IMG/VR virus record: IMGVR_UViG_3300028581_000024
Span: 1-64,000 of that record
Source: a virus
Strand: one strand, 5' to 3'
Length of the DNA stretch: 64,000 nucleotides
Shown: one piece after another, positions 38,602 through 48,638 of the stretch
How the letters are laid out: each line of letters starts with the position of its first letter
Numbering within the stretch: the first letter of the stretch is position 1
Translations under genes and position numbers: made by a program
The notes under the pieces: model-generated
Seen by the model: only the letters and a program-made list of their open reading frames with translations
What the model was told of the DNA's origin: nothing
Database searches by the model: none

Positions 38602-40992
38602 TTAGGCTAATAACTCCTGGAAGTTTTGGCTAGTACGAGTTGCGTAGAAGCTTACCAAGATAAACTCTGCAGCACGTACTGGCTTGAGATAGATATCTAC
38701 CTTCATTTCGTTATTATCAATAACATCTGGTGTATTATTTCGCTCATCGCAAATAATGAGGTAGTCATAAACACCTTCTGTGTTCTTGGCATTCTCAAAA
38801 ATTGGAGTGAGCGTATTAATTACTTGAGTTCTCGTAAACAATGTATTAGGTTCAAATATGAAGAACTTAACTGTATCACGAGTTGCAACTTCAAGATTGA
38901 GGAACAATCTACGTACATTAATACGATCAAACGCACTGGGTTTCTTTAGCAGTGTCTTTTGACCGAAGATTACAAAACCTTCAACGGGGAAGAAGGCAAC
39001 TGGATTCAAGCCAAATTTATAAAGCTGATCGCGTTGCTTCATCTTAGGATATACACCCAAATCATTAACACCAAGAAGAACTCCTCTTGTGAATCCAGCT
39101 GGTGCAAACCAAGGTTGGAAGTTAGCATCAGTATTACCCATTGCAGCAGCTGCAAAGCCACTAAATGGTACCCATACTTGTCTATTTGTAGCAGGATCAA
39201 TTACTTGAGCTACTGTTGCATATGTACAAGCATAGCTCGAATCAATTAAACTAAATTGATGACGTAGCGGCCAGTAGATGTGCTGACTGAAGTTTGTAGA
39301 GCTATAACCATCTGCTGCAGGATCTGGATCGAGACCCGCATTGGGTCCCCATAATTTCTTTGTATTGATTACTTTATTATTGTCACCTTGGACAAATATA
39401 TGTCTTAGCGCATCAAGAATAACCAAGAAATCTTTTCTTTGATTCTGCGCTTGTTGTACGAAGATACTAGCAATACTATTGTATGTTGAGCGAATGAGTA
39501 AACCATCTCCGTCGAGATTCTCTGAATTAGTAGTATATAGAGCACTCAATGCATTAACAGGCCACGTATCAACATAAGGGCCATTTGCAGATAATGGTAA
39601 ATTGCTATTCAGAGTCTGATATACTGAACCGATGTAAATAGAACCTAGACCAGCTTCACATGCAATATTAATAGGATAAAGATCTGGGTTTTCCACAAGC
39701 TCAAATACTCTCTCGAGCTTCTGGGGTAGATTACCAATATTTTTATCAGCAACTACTGTATTCGAATAGATACCAAACGGAAACAATGCATTAGTTGTAC
39801 CAAATGCTTGTAGGAGTGATAATACTGTAGCAGACGAGGCACCAACACGTGTGGTATAAGAAGTATTATCATCTACAAATCCAGGGTTGTTAAATGGTGT
39901 TGCAAGCACTGGTGATAGCATTCTTGCTTTCTTTGTGGGGATACCGTCATTACCCAGCCAAGAGTCACCATAACGATTGCTGATATACGGGTTAACAATT
40001 ATTCGTGCATTAGGTGAGTTGGATACCTGACTACCTAAGAAGAAACTAATAGCAGGGCCACCATTTTGACTAGCGATTTGTCTGTGCCAGTCAAGCGAAC
40101 CAGCATAGCTTTCTGCGAGTACATAATCAAGAGCAATAACATCAGGTGAAAAGACGCTCTGACGTAGTTTAAATACACCAAGCGAAAGGGTATCATCAAA
40201 TGTACGAGGGCTGAGATCGTAATTACTAATATTTTCCATTACTTCACTGATGCTAGACCCATCACCAAACTTAGAAGCACTTAATGTAAAGTTTAATCTA
40301 GCTGGAGGAACATCCACATAGGTGTTAATGGATGTTGCATTACTAGCAATACCAGCAACACTCAAGACTCCGTCAAAAGGTGTTGCAGGGTTATTGTTGT
40401 TATTATCTGTTAGAGCAACATAATACCCTTCAAACTTATTATTAACTGTAGTTTGGGAGCGATTCAAAACAATAACAGCTGCATCGTTTAAAGTATCGTA
40501 AGTGTACTTTACACCACTTTGAGGTAGAATATTGCTATGCCAGTTAACATTGTTGTTTAGTAATTCTTGATACTGCTCTATGCTTAATTCTAAATGTGTT
40601 GGTGTACCCAAGAAATATGTATCAGCTGAAGAAACATTCGATGTATAGGTACCATTCTTAGTGAATGCAGCAGGATAGACCAGGGCACTATATCTCCACT
40701 CAGCAAACCCCTCACCTTTAGCTACACCGTAAGGTAGTCTCGAAACTTTTAATTGAATGGGCGATTGTAAGGAGGCTTTTACTGTATGGTAAAAATATCT
40801 TTCTGCGGCATTTGTAGGTGTACCATAAATAGCTTCAAATTCGCCCATGCTTGTTGGTTCGAGAACCTCGTCTATTGGACCTTGAGCAGCAAAACCTGTA
40901 ATAAAAACGCTTGTACCTTGATTGACCACCGGGCGAAGCGTAAGATCAACTTCTCTGATCTCTACCCCGGGACTTTGAATTGTTCTGGCCAT
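38602..40992 (-). CDS. gp18: Tail sheath protein
   Basis: SPGVEIREVDLT, GFAAQGP, PWFAPAGFTRG, FGQKTL, SAFDRINVRRLFL, FEPNT, ICDERNNTP, YLKPVRAAEFI. Confidence 0.97.
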   Translation of the reverse strand: MARTIQSPGVEIREVDLTLRPVVNQGTSVFITGFAAQGPIDEVLEPTSMGEFEAIYGTPTNAAERYFYHTVKASLQSPIQLKVSRLPYGVAKGEGFAEWRYSALVYPAAFTKNGTYTSNVSSADTYFLGTPTHLELSIEQYQELLNNNVNWHSNILPQSGVKYTYDTLNDAAVIVLNRSQTTVNNKFEGYYVALTDNNNNNPATPFDGVLSVAGIASNATSINTYVDVPPARLNFTLSASKFGDGSSISEVMENISNYDLSPRTFDDTLSLGVFKLRQSVFSPDVIALDYVLAESYAGSLDWHRQIASQNGGPAISFFLGSQVSNSPNARIIVNPYISNRYGDSWLGNDGIPTKKARMLSPVLATPFNNPGFVDDNTSYTTRVGASSATVLSLLQAFGTTNALFPFGIYSNTVVADKNIGNLPQKLERVFELVENPDLYPINIACEAGLGSIYIGSVYQTLNSNLPLSANGPYVDTWPVNALSALYTTNSENLDGDGLLIRSTYNSIASIFVQQAQNQRKDFLVILDALRHIFVQGDNNKVINTKKLWGPNAGLDPDPAADGYSSTNFSQHIYWPLRHQFSLIDSSYACTYATVAQVIDPATNRQVWVPFSGFAAAAMGNTDANFQPWFAPAGFTRGVLLGVNDLGVYPKMKQRDQLYKFGLNPVAFFPVEGFVIFGQKTLLKKPSAFDRINVRRLFLNLEVATRDTVKFFIFEPNTLFTRTQVINTLTPIFENAKNTEGVYDYLIICDERNNTPDVIDNNEMKVDIYLKPVRAAEFILVSFYATRTSQNFQELLA

Positions 40993-40993
40993 T

Positions 40994-41029
40994 TTAGTTT
41001 ACACCTCTTACAAGAAATTGTTGACTCAT
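40994..41029 (-). CDS. Putative 11-aa upstream mini-ORF (MSQQFLVRGVN) before the sheath gene
   Basis: TATAAATA(41038-41045)-8 nt-ATG...TAA-a-ATG(gp18). Not in the ORF track. Confidence 0.4.
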   Translation of the reverse strand: MSQQFLVRGVN

Positions 41030-41083
41030 ATCGTTTATATTTATACCTTTGCCGACCAACTTTTACAGAATTTTTTCTCTTTT

Positions 41084-41668
41084 TTACAGCAAGGACATTT
41101 TTAACTGATGATATGCAAATTGAAACCCACATTCCATTTCACTTGAATCCCTATCATTATAGTTTACACCTTCAAGACCAATAGGAAAAGTTCTAATATA
41201 GTCAAATCTAACAGTTTGCTTGTTATATTCGTCCAAACCGTATATAGATATATCTGTCATATATTCAGAGGTGTTTGAATCTATGTTTTGATTACTAGGA
41301 TCAAAAATACCAGTGGACGAATTATTAAAAATATCTAACCATTTAAATAAAACCCAATAATTGTTAAATTGATTATCTACAGTAAAGTTAATCTTCAAGC
41401 TTGGAAATTCGGGTCTAGCATAGGATGTTACTTTGAGTGTTTGGCCACCGTAAGGTACTAATACAGGGGGTATTTCTACTGGTGGTGCAATTGCTCCAAA
41501 CACGCTAAACTGCAAAGTGTTGAAGTTTACGGAAGAGTTTCTCCTTGCAACTTCAGCAACTTTATCTTTTAGAATAGTAGGTATAGTTAGTACACATAGA
41601 AATTTATCCCTACGTTGTTTATTGAAGGGGCTCTGAAAAACTGGTTGCTGGTTTACAGGTGTTGCCAC
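41084..41668 (-). CDS. gp3: Tail tube terminator/completion protein
   Basis: QFSVFGAIAPPVEIP, LKINFTVDNQFNNYWVLFKWL, FPIGLEGVNY. Late promoter TATAAATA(41673-41680)-actc-GTG inside the 3' end of gp17. Confidence 0.75.
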   Translation of the reverse strand: MATPVNQQPVFQSPFNKQRRDKFLCVLTIPTILKDKVAEVARRNSSVNFNTLQFSVFGAIAPPVEIPPVLVPYGGQTLKVTSYARPEFPSLKINFTVDNQFNNYWVLFKWLDIFNNSSTGIFDPSNQNIDSNTSEYMTDISIYGLDEYNKQTVRFDYIRTFPIGLEGVNYNDRDSSEMECGFQFAYHQLKMSLL

Positions 41669-43392
41669 GAGTTATTTATATCATCATCAGATTGCTGGTT
41701 GGGAAATTCCCACCCCTGCTGTTTTAAGGTCTCTATATCACTATCCAAGTCTTTTGCATCGTTTATTACGACGGGAAGAATATTTTGATCACTATTGCCA
41801 AGCTTTTCATTAGAGTACATACTAAAAGGGCTTATAACCCCTCTAATACCATAGTCTAGGGGCTTAATAACTTGTGGTCGGTCACAATCATCAAGTGAGA
41901 TAACATCAAAATATTTTACACAAATTTCATTCTCCAGGCTTATTAATGCCCATATTAAGGACATGATTCGATCATCCCAACTATCTGCACCAGGTCGAGC
42001 ACCCCACGTATTATTAGGGTACCGAATAAAGTTTTTTAGCTCCTTTAAAGTATTAACATCGCGTATTCGAACTACTTTGAGTTCGTTTACCCAATACCGC
42101 ATATTCATTACACCTCTATACTTGGTGTTGGTGTGAGCTAGAATACCAACACGTTTTGCTTCATTTTTATCACCAGCTTTAGCACCCCAAGAGATAATAT
42201 TTTCATATCTATGTGTGAATTTCAGTTGTTCGACAACCTGGGCACCACAATTATTTCTCTCTATACTCACTGGCGGGCGGCCCCATTGATTTAAAATTTC
42301 TAATAATTTTGCAGTTAATTGAAATGGGACTGTATCCCGTGTATGATATACTGCAACTTGTTCTATGGAAGTTAGATCAGTAATATCTAACACCTGTACT
42401 ACACTTGCAGCTTCTCCTACACCTTCACTTATATCTACACCAACAGTATATATTCTACCTTCACGGGGCTCTTCCCAGACAAGATATTTACCGTCATCAA
42501 AAATAAATTCTGGTTCCCGTATCTCTCTCTGTAAACTATTATACAAAGCTTCATCAACTGTGCTTTCACCACCATGAATAAACTCATTACCAAATTCTTG
42601 TGAGAAAGCTTCAACGCTTCCTAAAGTTCTAATTGTATCGTTTTTCCATTTTTCATCACGGCCTGGAATTTCCCACCAGTCAATTCGTTCCGAAACCCAA
42701 TTGTTATCACCAGCATGAGCACCTGTATACAGTTTATAAAAAAGATTATCCGTCCCATTTGGCGTACTTGCAATAAAAATTTTACTTTTCTTACTACTAG
42801 AAATAATAGGGTATACGGATTCCCAGAATTTTTCTACAATATGATTATCAATAAATGCCAACTCATCAAGAATTAAGCAATTGCAGCTATCACCTCTACC
42901 TGCATCACTACTTGTAGTGCTAATCCCTATACTACTACCATTAGTCAGGGTCATACTCGTTTGACCGTACTCTACAACCCCCGGTTTTAAGAAATTGGGT
43001 AACATTTCATATGCCATTCGAACTCTTTTAAAAATATTTTTTGCTGTCTGCTCTTTATTTGCTACAATTAAAATTCTTTGATCTTCGTTAAAACATGCAT
43101 TCCATAAACAGTATATCGTCATTAATGTTGTTTTACCTATCTGTCGTGACGCTAGCAAAATAATAAATCTACCGTCTCTAAGAGTTCTTAAAACTTTCTT
43201 TTGACAGGAGTATAAACTAATTTTCTCTTTACCGCGGTCTAGATTGATAATAAAGAAATAATTTTCAGCAAAGTGTAACAAGTTTCTTTTGCATTTTTTG
43301 AGTTCATTAACCATTTCTGGCGTATACTCATGCTTTGTATCTGATGTTGGCAGCTTATCATTACCAAGATAATATTTTTCTTTTTTCATCAT
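41653..43392 (-). CDS. gp17: Terminase large subunit
   Basis: YLGN, ASRQIGKTT Walker A, LILDELAF Walker B, IASTPNG, QEFGNEF, GVDISEG, IERNN, DDRIMSL. Confidence 0.97.
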   Translation of the reverse strand: MMKKEKYYLGNDKLPTSDTKHEYTPEMVNELKKCKRNLLHFAENYFFIINLDRGKEKISLYSCQKKVLRTLRDGRFIILLASRQIGKTTLMTIYCLWNACFNEDQRILIVANKEQTAKNIFKRVRMAYEMLPNFLKPGVVEYGQTSMTLTNGSSIGISTTSSDAGRGDSCNCLILDELAFIDNHIVEKFWESVYPIISSSKKSKIFIASTPNGTDNLFYKLYTGAHAGDNNWVSERIDWWEIPGRDEKWKNDTIRTLGSVEAFSQEFGNEFIHGGESTVDEALYNSLQREIREPEFIFDDGKYLVWEEPREGRIYTVGVDISEGVGEAASVVQVLDITDLTSIEQVAVYHTRDTVPFQLTAKLLEILNQWGRPPVSIERNNCGAQVVEQLKFTHRYENIISWGAKAGDKNEAKRVGILAHTNTKYRGVMNMRYWVNELKVVRIRDVNTLKELKNFIRYPNNTWGARPGADSWDDRIMSLIWALISLENEICVKYFDVISLDDCDRPQVIKPLDYGIRGVISPFSMYSNEKLGNSDQNILPVVINDAKDLDSDIETLKQQGWEFPNQQSDDDINNSWQHL

Positions 43393-43398
43393 TTATGT

Positions 43399-43416
43399 TA
43401 TTTAGAGGTATAAATA
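43399..43416. promoter_or_regulatory. Divergent late promoters for gp17 and the 43422 ORF
   Basis: Minus TCTAAATA(43399-43406)-6 nt-ATG; plus TATAAATA(43409-43416)-gatat-ATG(43422). Confidence 0.72.
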
Positions 43417-43421
43417 GATAT

Positions 43422-44321
43422 ATGACAAGAGTAAGTTCAATCAAAGATATTGGCCTAGTATATGAAGAGGTGCTAAAACAAAGTAGACCAGCACCCGAAA
43501 AGCAAGTAGAAGTGGTTGAAGAAAAAGCAGTTAAAAAGCTTGACACCTTTCCTCGCGCTACTGATAAGAAGATAGACGTAAAAAAGATTACTGCCAAGGG
43601 TTCTGACAAGAATGCCTTTGTGCATAAGGATTCAGGTCCTGAGGCTAAGCTCGGAAGTAAGAAGGAAATCATTGACCCTAAGACGGCCAAAGAAGATAAT
43701 CATTATCAGCCACAAAAATTTTCTGATAACACAAAAAAATTAAACCAAGAGAATATAAATAATAGTATGAAATCAATTTTTGATAAATTATATGAAGATG
43801 TAATGGGTGACGACAAACTCGATGTCGGCATTCAAGCTGGCCCTGAAGGAGAGGCCGCCGATGCTAAGGATCTAGATCTTAGCGGTGGTAGCGAAGATAC
43901 CATCACGGTAAAGCTCGATAAAGATACTGCTCATAAGCTACATGATGCTTTGATGAGCGTCCTTGGTGCTGATGAAGCCGCTGATGACGAAGCTGCTGAT
44001 GAAGCCGCAGATGATATTGAGTCTGCTGACGATGTTCAAGCTGCTGAAATGGAAGAGATTCCAACAGAAGTGGCTGGTGAAGGTGTTGATATTAAAGAAG
44101 TGCCTGCTTCTGCTGGACAATCCTTACAGAAGAAGGGTGGATTTCCTACAGTCGGAACAAAGACAGGTCATGCTAAAGGTTCTAAAGCATCTGGTCAAGT
44201 TGCAACAGAGATTGATGCCAAAGGAACACCTCTTGCTGATGCCAAAGGTCATTCTTTAACTGCTAAGAGCGCCAATAAAGTTAACGCTCCCGGTTACAAA
44301 GCTGGTGACTTTTTTAAATAA
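43422..44321 (+). CDS. Acidic/Lys-rich late protein, candidate head-internal protein, with a nested in-frame start at 43767
   Basis: Start moved to ATG 43422 from the promoter position. DEAADDEAADEAADD tract. Internal TATAAATA at 43754-43761. Confidence 0.7.
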   Translation: MTRVSSIKDIGLVYEEVLKQSRPAPEKQVEVVEEKAVKKLDTFPRATDKKIDVKKITAKGSDKNAFVHKDSGPEAKLGSKKEIIDPKTAKEDNHYQPQKFSDNTKKLNQENINNSMKSIFDKLYEDVMGDDKLDVGIQAGPEGEAADAKDLDLSGGSEDTITVKLDKDTAHKLHDALMSVLGADEAADDEAADEAADDIESADDVQAAEMEEIPTEVAGEGVDIKEVPASAGQSLQKKGGFPTVGTKTGHAKGSKASGQVATEIDAKGTPLADAKGHSLTAKSANKVNAPGYKAGDFFK

Positions 44322-44344
44322 ACAATAGTTACATTTAAAAATAG

Positions 44345-44371
44345 AAAAGCCGTCTTTATGACGGCTTTTTT
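44345..44371. terminator. Rho-independent terminator
   Basis: aaaagccgtc-tttat-gacggctttttt, followed directly by TATAAATA(44374-44381)-atag-ATG. Confidence 0.88.
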
Positions 44372-44385
44372 ATTATAAATAATAG

Positions 44386-44781
44386 ATGAGTATTTTTAGA
44401 GAAGCATTTCTACAGGCTCTTCAAGAAGATTTAATTAATTCTGCCACAACATGGAATACGGGCATAGGGCAGCTACATTATTCTGGTGCTATCTTTCCAA
44501 AAGTTAATCTAGACAAGCCAAAAGAACGACATAGAAAGGTTATTAAGGATCCAAAATTCAGAAAACATGCTCAAACAGTACCAGACATGCATAAAGCAGA
44601 TCATACAGCTATACAGGCCGTCAATAATATGAGTGGTAAAAAGTTATCAGAAGACGAATTACAACAAATTTGTAAAAAATATGGCATTTCTAGGCTCAAT
44701 ACCCAGCAATCTAAAAATTTAGGTAATACTGGCAAAGTCTTACGCTTCGATCCTAATGTACGGGGCTATGTACTACAATGA
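44386..44781 (+). CDS. Hypothetical late protein
   Basis: 131 aa with late promoter; N-terminus MSIFREAFLQALQE. Confidence 0.7.
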   Translation: MSIFREAFLQALQEDLINSATTWNTGIGQLHYSGAIFPKVNLDKPKERHRKVIKDPKFRKHAQTVPDMHKADHTAIQAVNNMSGKKLSEDELQQICKKYGISRLNTQQSKNLGNTGKVLRFDPNVRGYVLQ

Positions 44782-45533
44782 ACAGTATAGACAAATACAC
44801 TGGTGTTAACTGTATACGAAAATACCCTCTAGAATACACAACTAGTACCCTAAGATTCACGGATAAAGAGAATAATCAAAATGAACGACAACTTTTTAGT
44901 AATTATTGGCGAGAGCAAATAGATTTATACGGCCAAAAAATTGCTTATTACAGAAATACATACAGCACATTATGTGCAGATAATATATATGGTGAGCAAC
45001 CGTTATCCAAATTTGAAGACCCTAAAGAGTTTGTAATGTTGGTTAGGTTAACCGAAAACGCTCTCGTACTAAGTAAATTTGGATTTCAAAGTGATGATCA
45101 AATAACAGCTTATGTACACATAAGCTCTTTTTATGCAGTTTACCCACCAGAGGTAGAACCTAAATCTGGTGACGTCTTTAAATTAAAAGAATATGGTAGC
45201 GATAGACCTGGTGAACGTGATGGTAAGCTCTTTGAAATAACTGAGCGTGTAGATGAAGATAATTCTGCTATTAACCCGTTGATGGGTCACTATGTTTGGA
45301 TGTTAAAGGCTAAGCGATTTGATTATTCCTTCCAGCCCAATATTCCTCCAGAAAGAGGAAGTACACAAGTACAAGATAGCACACAATATGGTACGATTAG
45401 TGCTGCATTTGATAATGCAGGTACATTAACACCGCGTGGAAGTGCGTATCCTTACGATCCAAATACTGTTAGTAAGACTAAGGTATTTGATATGACGCAA
45501 AACAATACTCTTGAATACGGTGGGTACTACTAA
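44778..45533 (+). CDS. gp14: Neck protein
   Basis: EQIDLYGQKIAYY, IYGEQPLSKF, LSKFGFQSDDQIT, PKSGDVF, LFEIT, YVWMLKAKRFDYS. Confidence 0.85.
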   Translation: MNSIDKYTGVNCIRKYPLEYTTSTLRFTDKENNQNERQLFSNYWREQIDLYGQKIAYYRNTYSTLCADNIYGEQPLSKFEDPKEFVMLVRLTENALVLSKFGFQSDDQITAYVHISSFYAVYPPEVEPKSGDVFKLKEYGSDRPGERDGKLFEITERVDEDNSAINPLMGHYVWMLKAKRFDYSFQPNIPPERGSTQVQDSTQYGTISAAFDNAGTLTPRGSAYPYDPNTVSKTKVFDMTQNNTLEYGGYY

Positions 45534-45871
45534 GGCTTAATAATTTCTTGCAATTCGGCTTCAGGTATTTCCTCTTCGATCTCTACAACTTCATCCTTAT
45601 CAATAAACTTGGGAATACATGTTGCAATAATATCTTTCTTAAATTCCTCACGTTCAATATCTAGCAACATAGTCTCCATACGCTGCTCAATATACTTTTG
45701 AAAAGCTAATGGTTTAACCCAAAAGTCATCCGATATCATATCTGCTTTAAGTTCTGCGGCTCTACGCTCTACAACATCAATAGCCTCAATCAAGCAAAGC
45801 CACCTAGCGTACTCGTCTTTTTTTAGATTATGCGTTTTATTTCCAACAACCGTAATATTATTTTCGTTCAT
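45530..45871 (-). CDS. Hypothetical protein
   Basis: 113 aa; promoter TTGAAC-17-TACCAT-6-ATG (45878-45906). Confidence 0.7.
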   Translation of the reverse strand: MNENNITVVGNKTHNLKKDEYARWLCLIEAIDVVERRAAELKADMISDDFWVKPLAFQKYIEQRMETMLLDIEREEFKKDIIATCIPKFIDKDEVVEIEEEIPEAELQEIIKP

Positions 45872-45915
45872 TTATAAATGGTATAAGAAATACTAAACCC
45901 GTTCAAGCACTTTAT

Positions 45916-46308
45916 TTAGCGCATCTTGCCGAGAACAAACCCAATAAGGGTGCTATAAAAAGTGAGGGTGTCAAACTCAACACCACTTTTATGAAGTAGC
46001 TTAAAAGTACTTCTCAATACATCGAAGGCATCTTTTATAAAGAGAGCCTTGTCTAAATTATTCTTTTCTTTTAACTGAAGTCTTAATGAAGACTCTAAAA
46101 CATCAAAAAAGTTTTCAACAAACTCTGCTGTAGTTTTGTTAATGCCTGTAGAGCTTGCAACAGCATTTTTATATATTTTATAAGGGACTTGCCCCTTTGC
46201 GAAAAAAAAGTCATTTGCTTCAGACTTAATCTTACTAAGACTCATAGGCGTATCATACCCAGAGACAGGCATAATTTGACTAGCAGGTACCTCTATATAC
46301 TCCATCAA
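45916..46308 (-). CDS. Hypothetical protein
   Basis: 130 aa; ATGA-coupled, AGGAGG upstream. Confidence 0.65.
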   Translation of the reverse strand: MMEYIEVPASQIMPVSGYDTPMSLSKIKSEANDFFFAKGQVPYKIYKNAVASSTGINKTTAEFVENFFDVLESSLRLQLKEKNNLDKALFIKDAFDVLRSTFKLLHKSGVEFDTLTFYSTLIGFVLGKMR

Positions 46309-46733
46309 ACTTCCTCCTTTACATTTTCAACTTGTTGTAAAAGTACTTGCGGGTCAGTAGCTACCGGTATAGTGGACAGTACTGTTTTTAATTTAACTAA
46401 AACATTAACCGTCTTATTACAACCCGGGCAGTTATATTCGTTCCGCTCATTTAACAAAATAGGGACAAAGCTTTTCACCCCACGATCGCAAGGACACGTA
46501 ACTGTTGATCCTTGCTTACTCAACTCAGCCTCTCGCTCAACTATCAATCTTTCCTCTTCTATAGCTAACTTTTTCTCTGTATAGTCTCTATAAAAATAAA
46601 AACAAACAAACTGTAGCGCAACAAAAAAACCTAATGCGCTTAGAAAGTTAACATGCAAAAAGGTAAATGGCCAAGCAAGTACACTACCGACTAGAAATGT
46701 AAGGCCGAAACTCGATAAGAGCCTAGTAAACAT
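46305..46733 (-). CDS. Two-TM membrane protein with C-terminal zinc ribbon
   Basis: Two hydrophobic N-terminal helices, then CPC...CPGC. Promoter TTGAAA-16-TATTAT-6-ATG (46740-46767). Confidence 0.7.
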   Translation of the reverse strand: MFTRLLSSFGLTFLVGSVLAWPFTFLHVNFLSALGFFVALQFVCFYFYRDYTEKKLAIEEERLIVEREAELSKQGSTVTCPCDRGVKSFVPILLNERNEYNCPGCNKTVNVLVKLKTVLSTIPVATDPQVLLQQVENVKEEV

Positions 46734-46753
46734 GTATTAATAATATACGAAGC

Positions 46754-47128
46754 TTACTCTTTTTCAACTATCTTATTAAGCTGTTCTGTACAAGAAAATA
46801 TAGCATCTTGTATGGCTTCCATTTTCTTGTTTAACTCTCTAATAGCTTTTATACCTTCTACATTATCTTTGACAACAGGGTTCACTAGACTATTTTGCAG
46901 TTGACGTCTAAAATCAGCACATTTCACAAAAATATCCCCAAGATAATCTAAGGCAAGTTCTAAGGGAAATGGTAGTCTTTTTGGAGCATTTGTGGTATTT
47001 CTATATCTATTAACAATATCCGCAACCGTAATAACCTCGGGCTGTAAATCACGAGTAGCTATGCCGCTTACCCATTTATTATATAATTTCTGTGAATCTT
47101 CACTTAAAACACTAGGCCTTTTGCTCAC
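46754..47128 (-). CDS. Hypothetical late protein
   Basis: 124 aa; ATTAAATA(47133-47140)-atat-GTG. Confidence 0.65.
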   Translation of the reverse strand: MSKRPSVLSEDSQKLYNKWVSGIATRDLQPEVITVADIVNRYRNTTNAPKRLPFPLELALDYLGDIFVKCADFRRQLQNSLVNPVVKDNVEGIKAIRELNKKMEAIQDAIFSCTEQLNKIVEKE

Positions 47129-47178
47129 ATATTATTTAATAAAGCTCTAATATTATTATCGTAAATAATAAATATAAT

Positions 47179-47595
47179 ATGAGTCTTTTCCAAAAGGAGT
47201 TTTTAGCCGTTCTAGAAGCAGATGAAAACCAAGCCGCACCAACAGATACTGCTGCAGCTGAGCAAGCAGCAATGCAACAGCAGCTAGATCCAACCACCGA
47301 TCCTAAGGCACTTGATGCAAATGCGCCACAAGGTGTTGATCAAGCACGTGCAGGTCATAACGCAGCACAAAAGAAAATTCTCGGTACATGGATTAAGCAA
47401 GTAGCAGATTTTGTTGAGTTTTTAAATGGTGTGAGTCCTAATAGCGTTCAATCACAACTTTTCAATAGCAGCTGCGATACACTTTTCGAGCGCATTTCTA
47501 CAAGTGAAAAGAAAAGAATTTCTCGCGTTGCTATGGAATTAAGTTCCTTTAACGAATCGTTAAAAGGCTATCTCATATCTGGTGACGAATCTTAA
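47179..47595 (+). CDS. Hypothetical late protein (candidate head-internal protein)
   Basis: AATAAATA(47167-47174)-taat-ATG; N-terminus MSLFQKEFLAVLE|ADE. Confidence 0.7.
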   Translation: MSLFQKEFLAVLEADENQAAPTDTAAAEQAAMQQQLDPTTDPKALDANAPQGVDQARAGHNAAQKKILGTWIKQVADFVEFLNGVSPNSVQSQLFNSSCDTLFERISTSEKKRISRVAMELSSFNESLKGYLISGDES

Positions 47596-48632
47596 TTTAT
47601 TTGCGCAAGCGTAACACTACCCTTCAATCCACTATAGGTATGTTCAAGAATAAATTTCTCTGATATTTCTGTTATATTGTGCTTGATACAAACATCATTA
47701 AGATCTTTTATTTTGCCTAATTCTGTTGGCCATAGAAAGACACTGTGACCCTGCTTAAGTAAAAAAGCGGTCTTCTTTTTACTAGCTTTATCAACACGCT
47801 GATTGTCTAATATCCATATTTTGTTAAGTAGATTAAACTGACTTAATTGATTTTCTTGCTTCTGTGTGAATACTGAACCCTTGCCTTCATTAATACCGGC
47901 AACAGCCACACCGTTTTTTACGAAGCATGCATCCAAAGGACCCTCCGTAATAAAAATAGCTTTCCGCTTCACATCTACTCTATCGATACCAAACAAAGTC
48001 TTTTCACTATTTTGCTTTGAGAGGTACTTCGGCATAGGGTGTGCATTATTTTCTATCAAGGTGCGAGATTGATAGTGTACTATTTTACCATCAACGTCAT
48101 AAAAAGGAATAATCAATCTATTTTTATGAACTTTATCTGTAAGACTAACCCAGAAAGTCTCCGGTCTATTGCAGGCATTGCTAAGGCGTCTTGTAGTCAG
48201 TAACTGTAATGCTGCTTTTACATATCTATTATCTTTATGGTATTGTATTTGTATACTATCTGAGAGGTTAATACTATCTTCAGGAAGTACACTAGTAACA
48301 TTTTCAACAGCAGGCTCCTTAATATCGTGCACTAGATCTTGTGTATAATTGTCAGGGGTAGCGGAGAACTGATTGTTCTCTCGCATTATCTCAACATAGG
48401 TAAGATTAGCCACAGTCTGGATCCATCTCACAGGTCGTACACTTAAGCCGCAATTATGACAGAAGACTAAGTTCTTTTTTATAATATAATATAGACGTCG
48501 CTTCTTACCCCATGAATTGCCCTCACGACATGTAGGACAGCCACCGCTATACGACTTGGTTATCTTATTATATTTCGGATACCCAGCGTATTGGTAGAAT
48601 TTAGAAACAATATAATCTTCGTTTAGTAGCAC
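47592..48632 (-). CDS. gp61: DNA primase
   Basis: CPTC...CHNC zinc finger, RLIIPF, QSR, PKYL, TOPRIM ITEGPLDA, LDN, KDLND. Confidence 0.93.
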   Translation of the reverse strand: MLLNEDYIVSKFYQYAGYPKYNKITKSYSGGCPTCREGNSWGKKRRLYYIIKKNLVFCHNCGLSVRPVRWIQTVANLTYVEIMRENNQFSATPDNYTQDLVHDIKEPAVENVTSVLPEDSINLSDSIQIQYHKDNRYVKAALQLLTTRRLSNACNRPETFWVSLTDKVHKNRLIIPFYDVDGKIVHYQSRTLIENNAHPMPKYLSKQNSEKTLFGIDRVDVKRKAIFITEGPLDACFVKNGVAVAGINEGKGSVFTQKQENQLSQFNLLNKIWILDNQRVDKASKKKTAFLLKQGHSVFLWPTELGKIKDLNDVCIKHNITEISEKFILEHTYSGLKGSVTLAQIN

Positions 48633-48638
48633 TACTAT

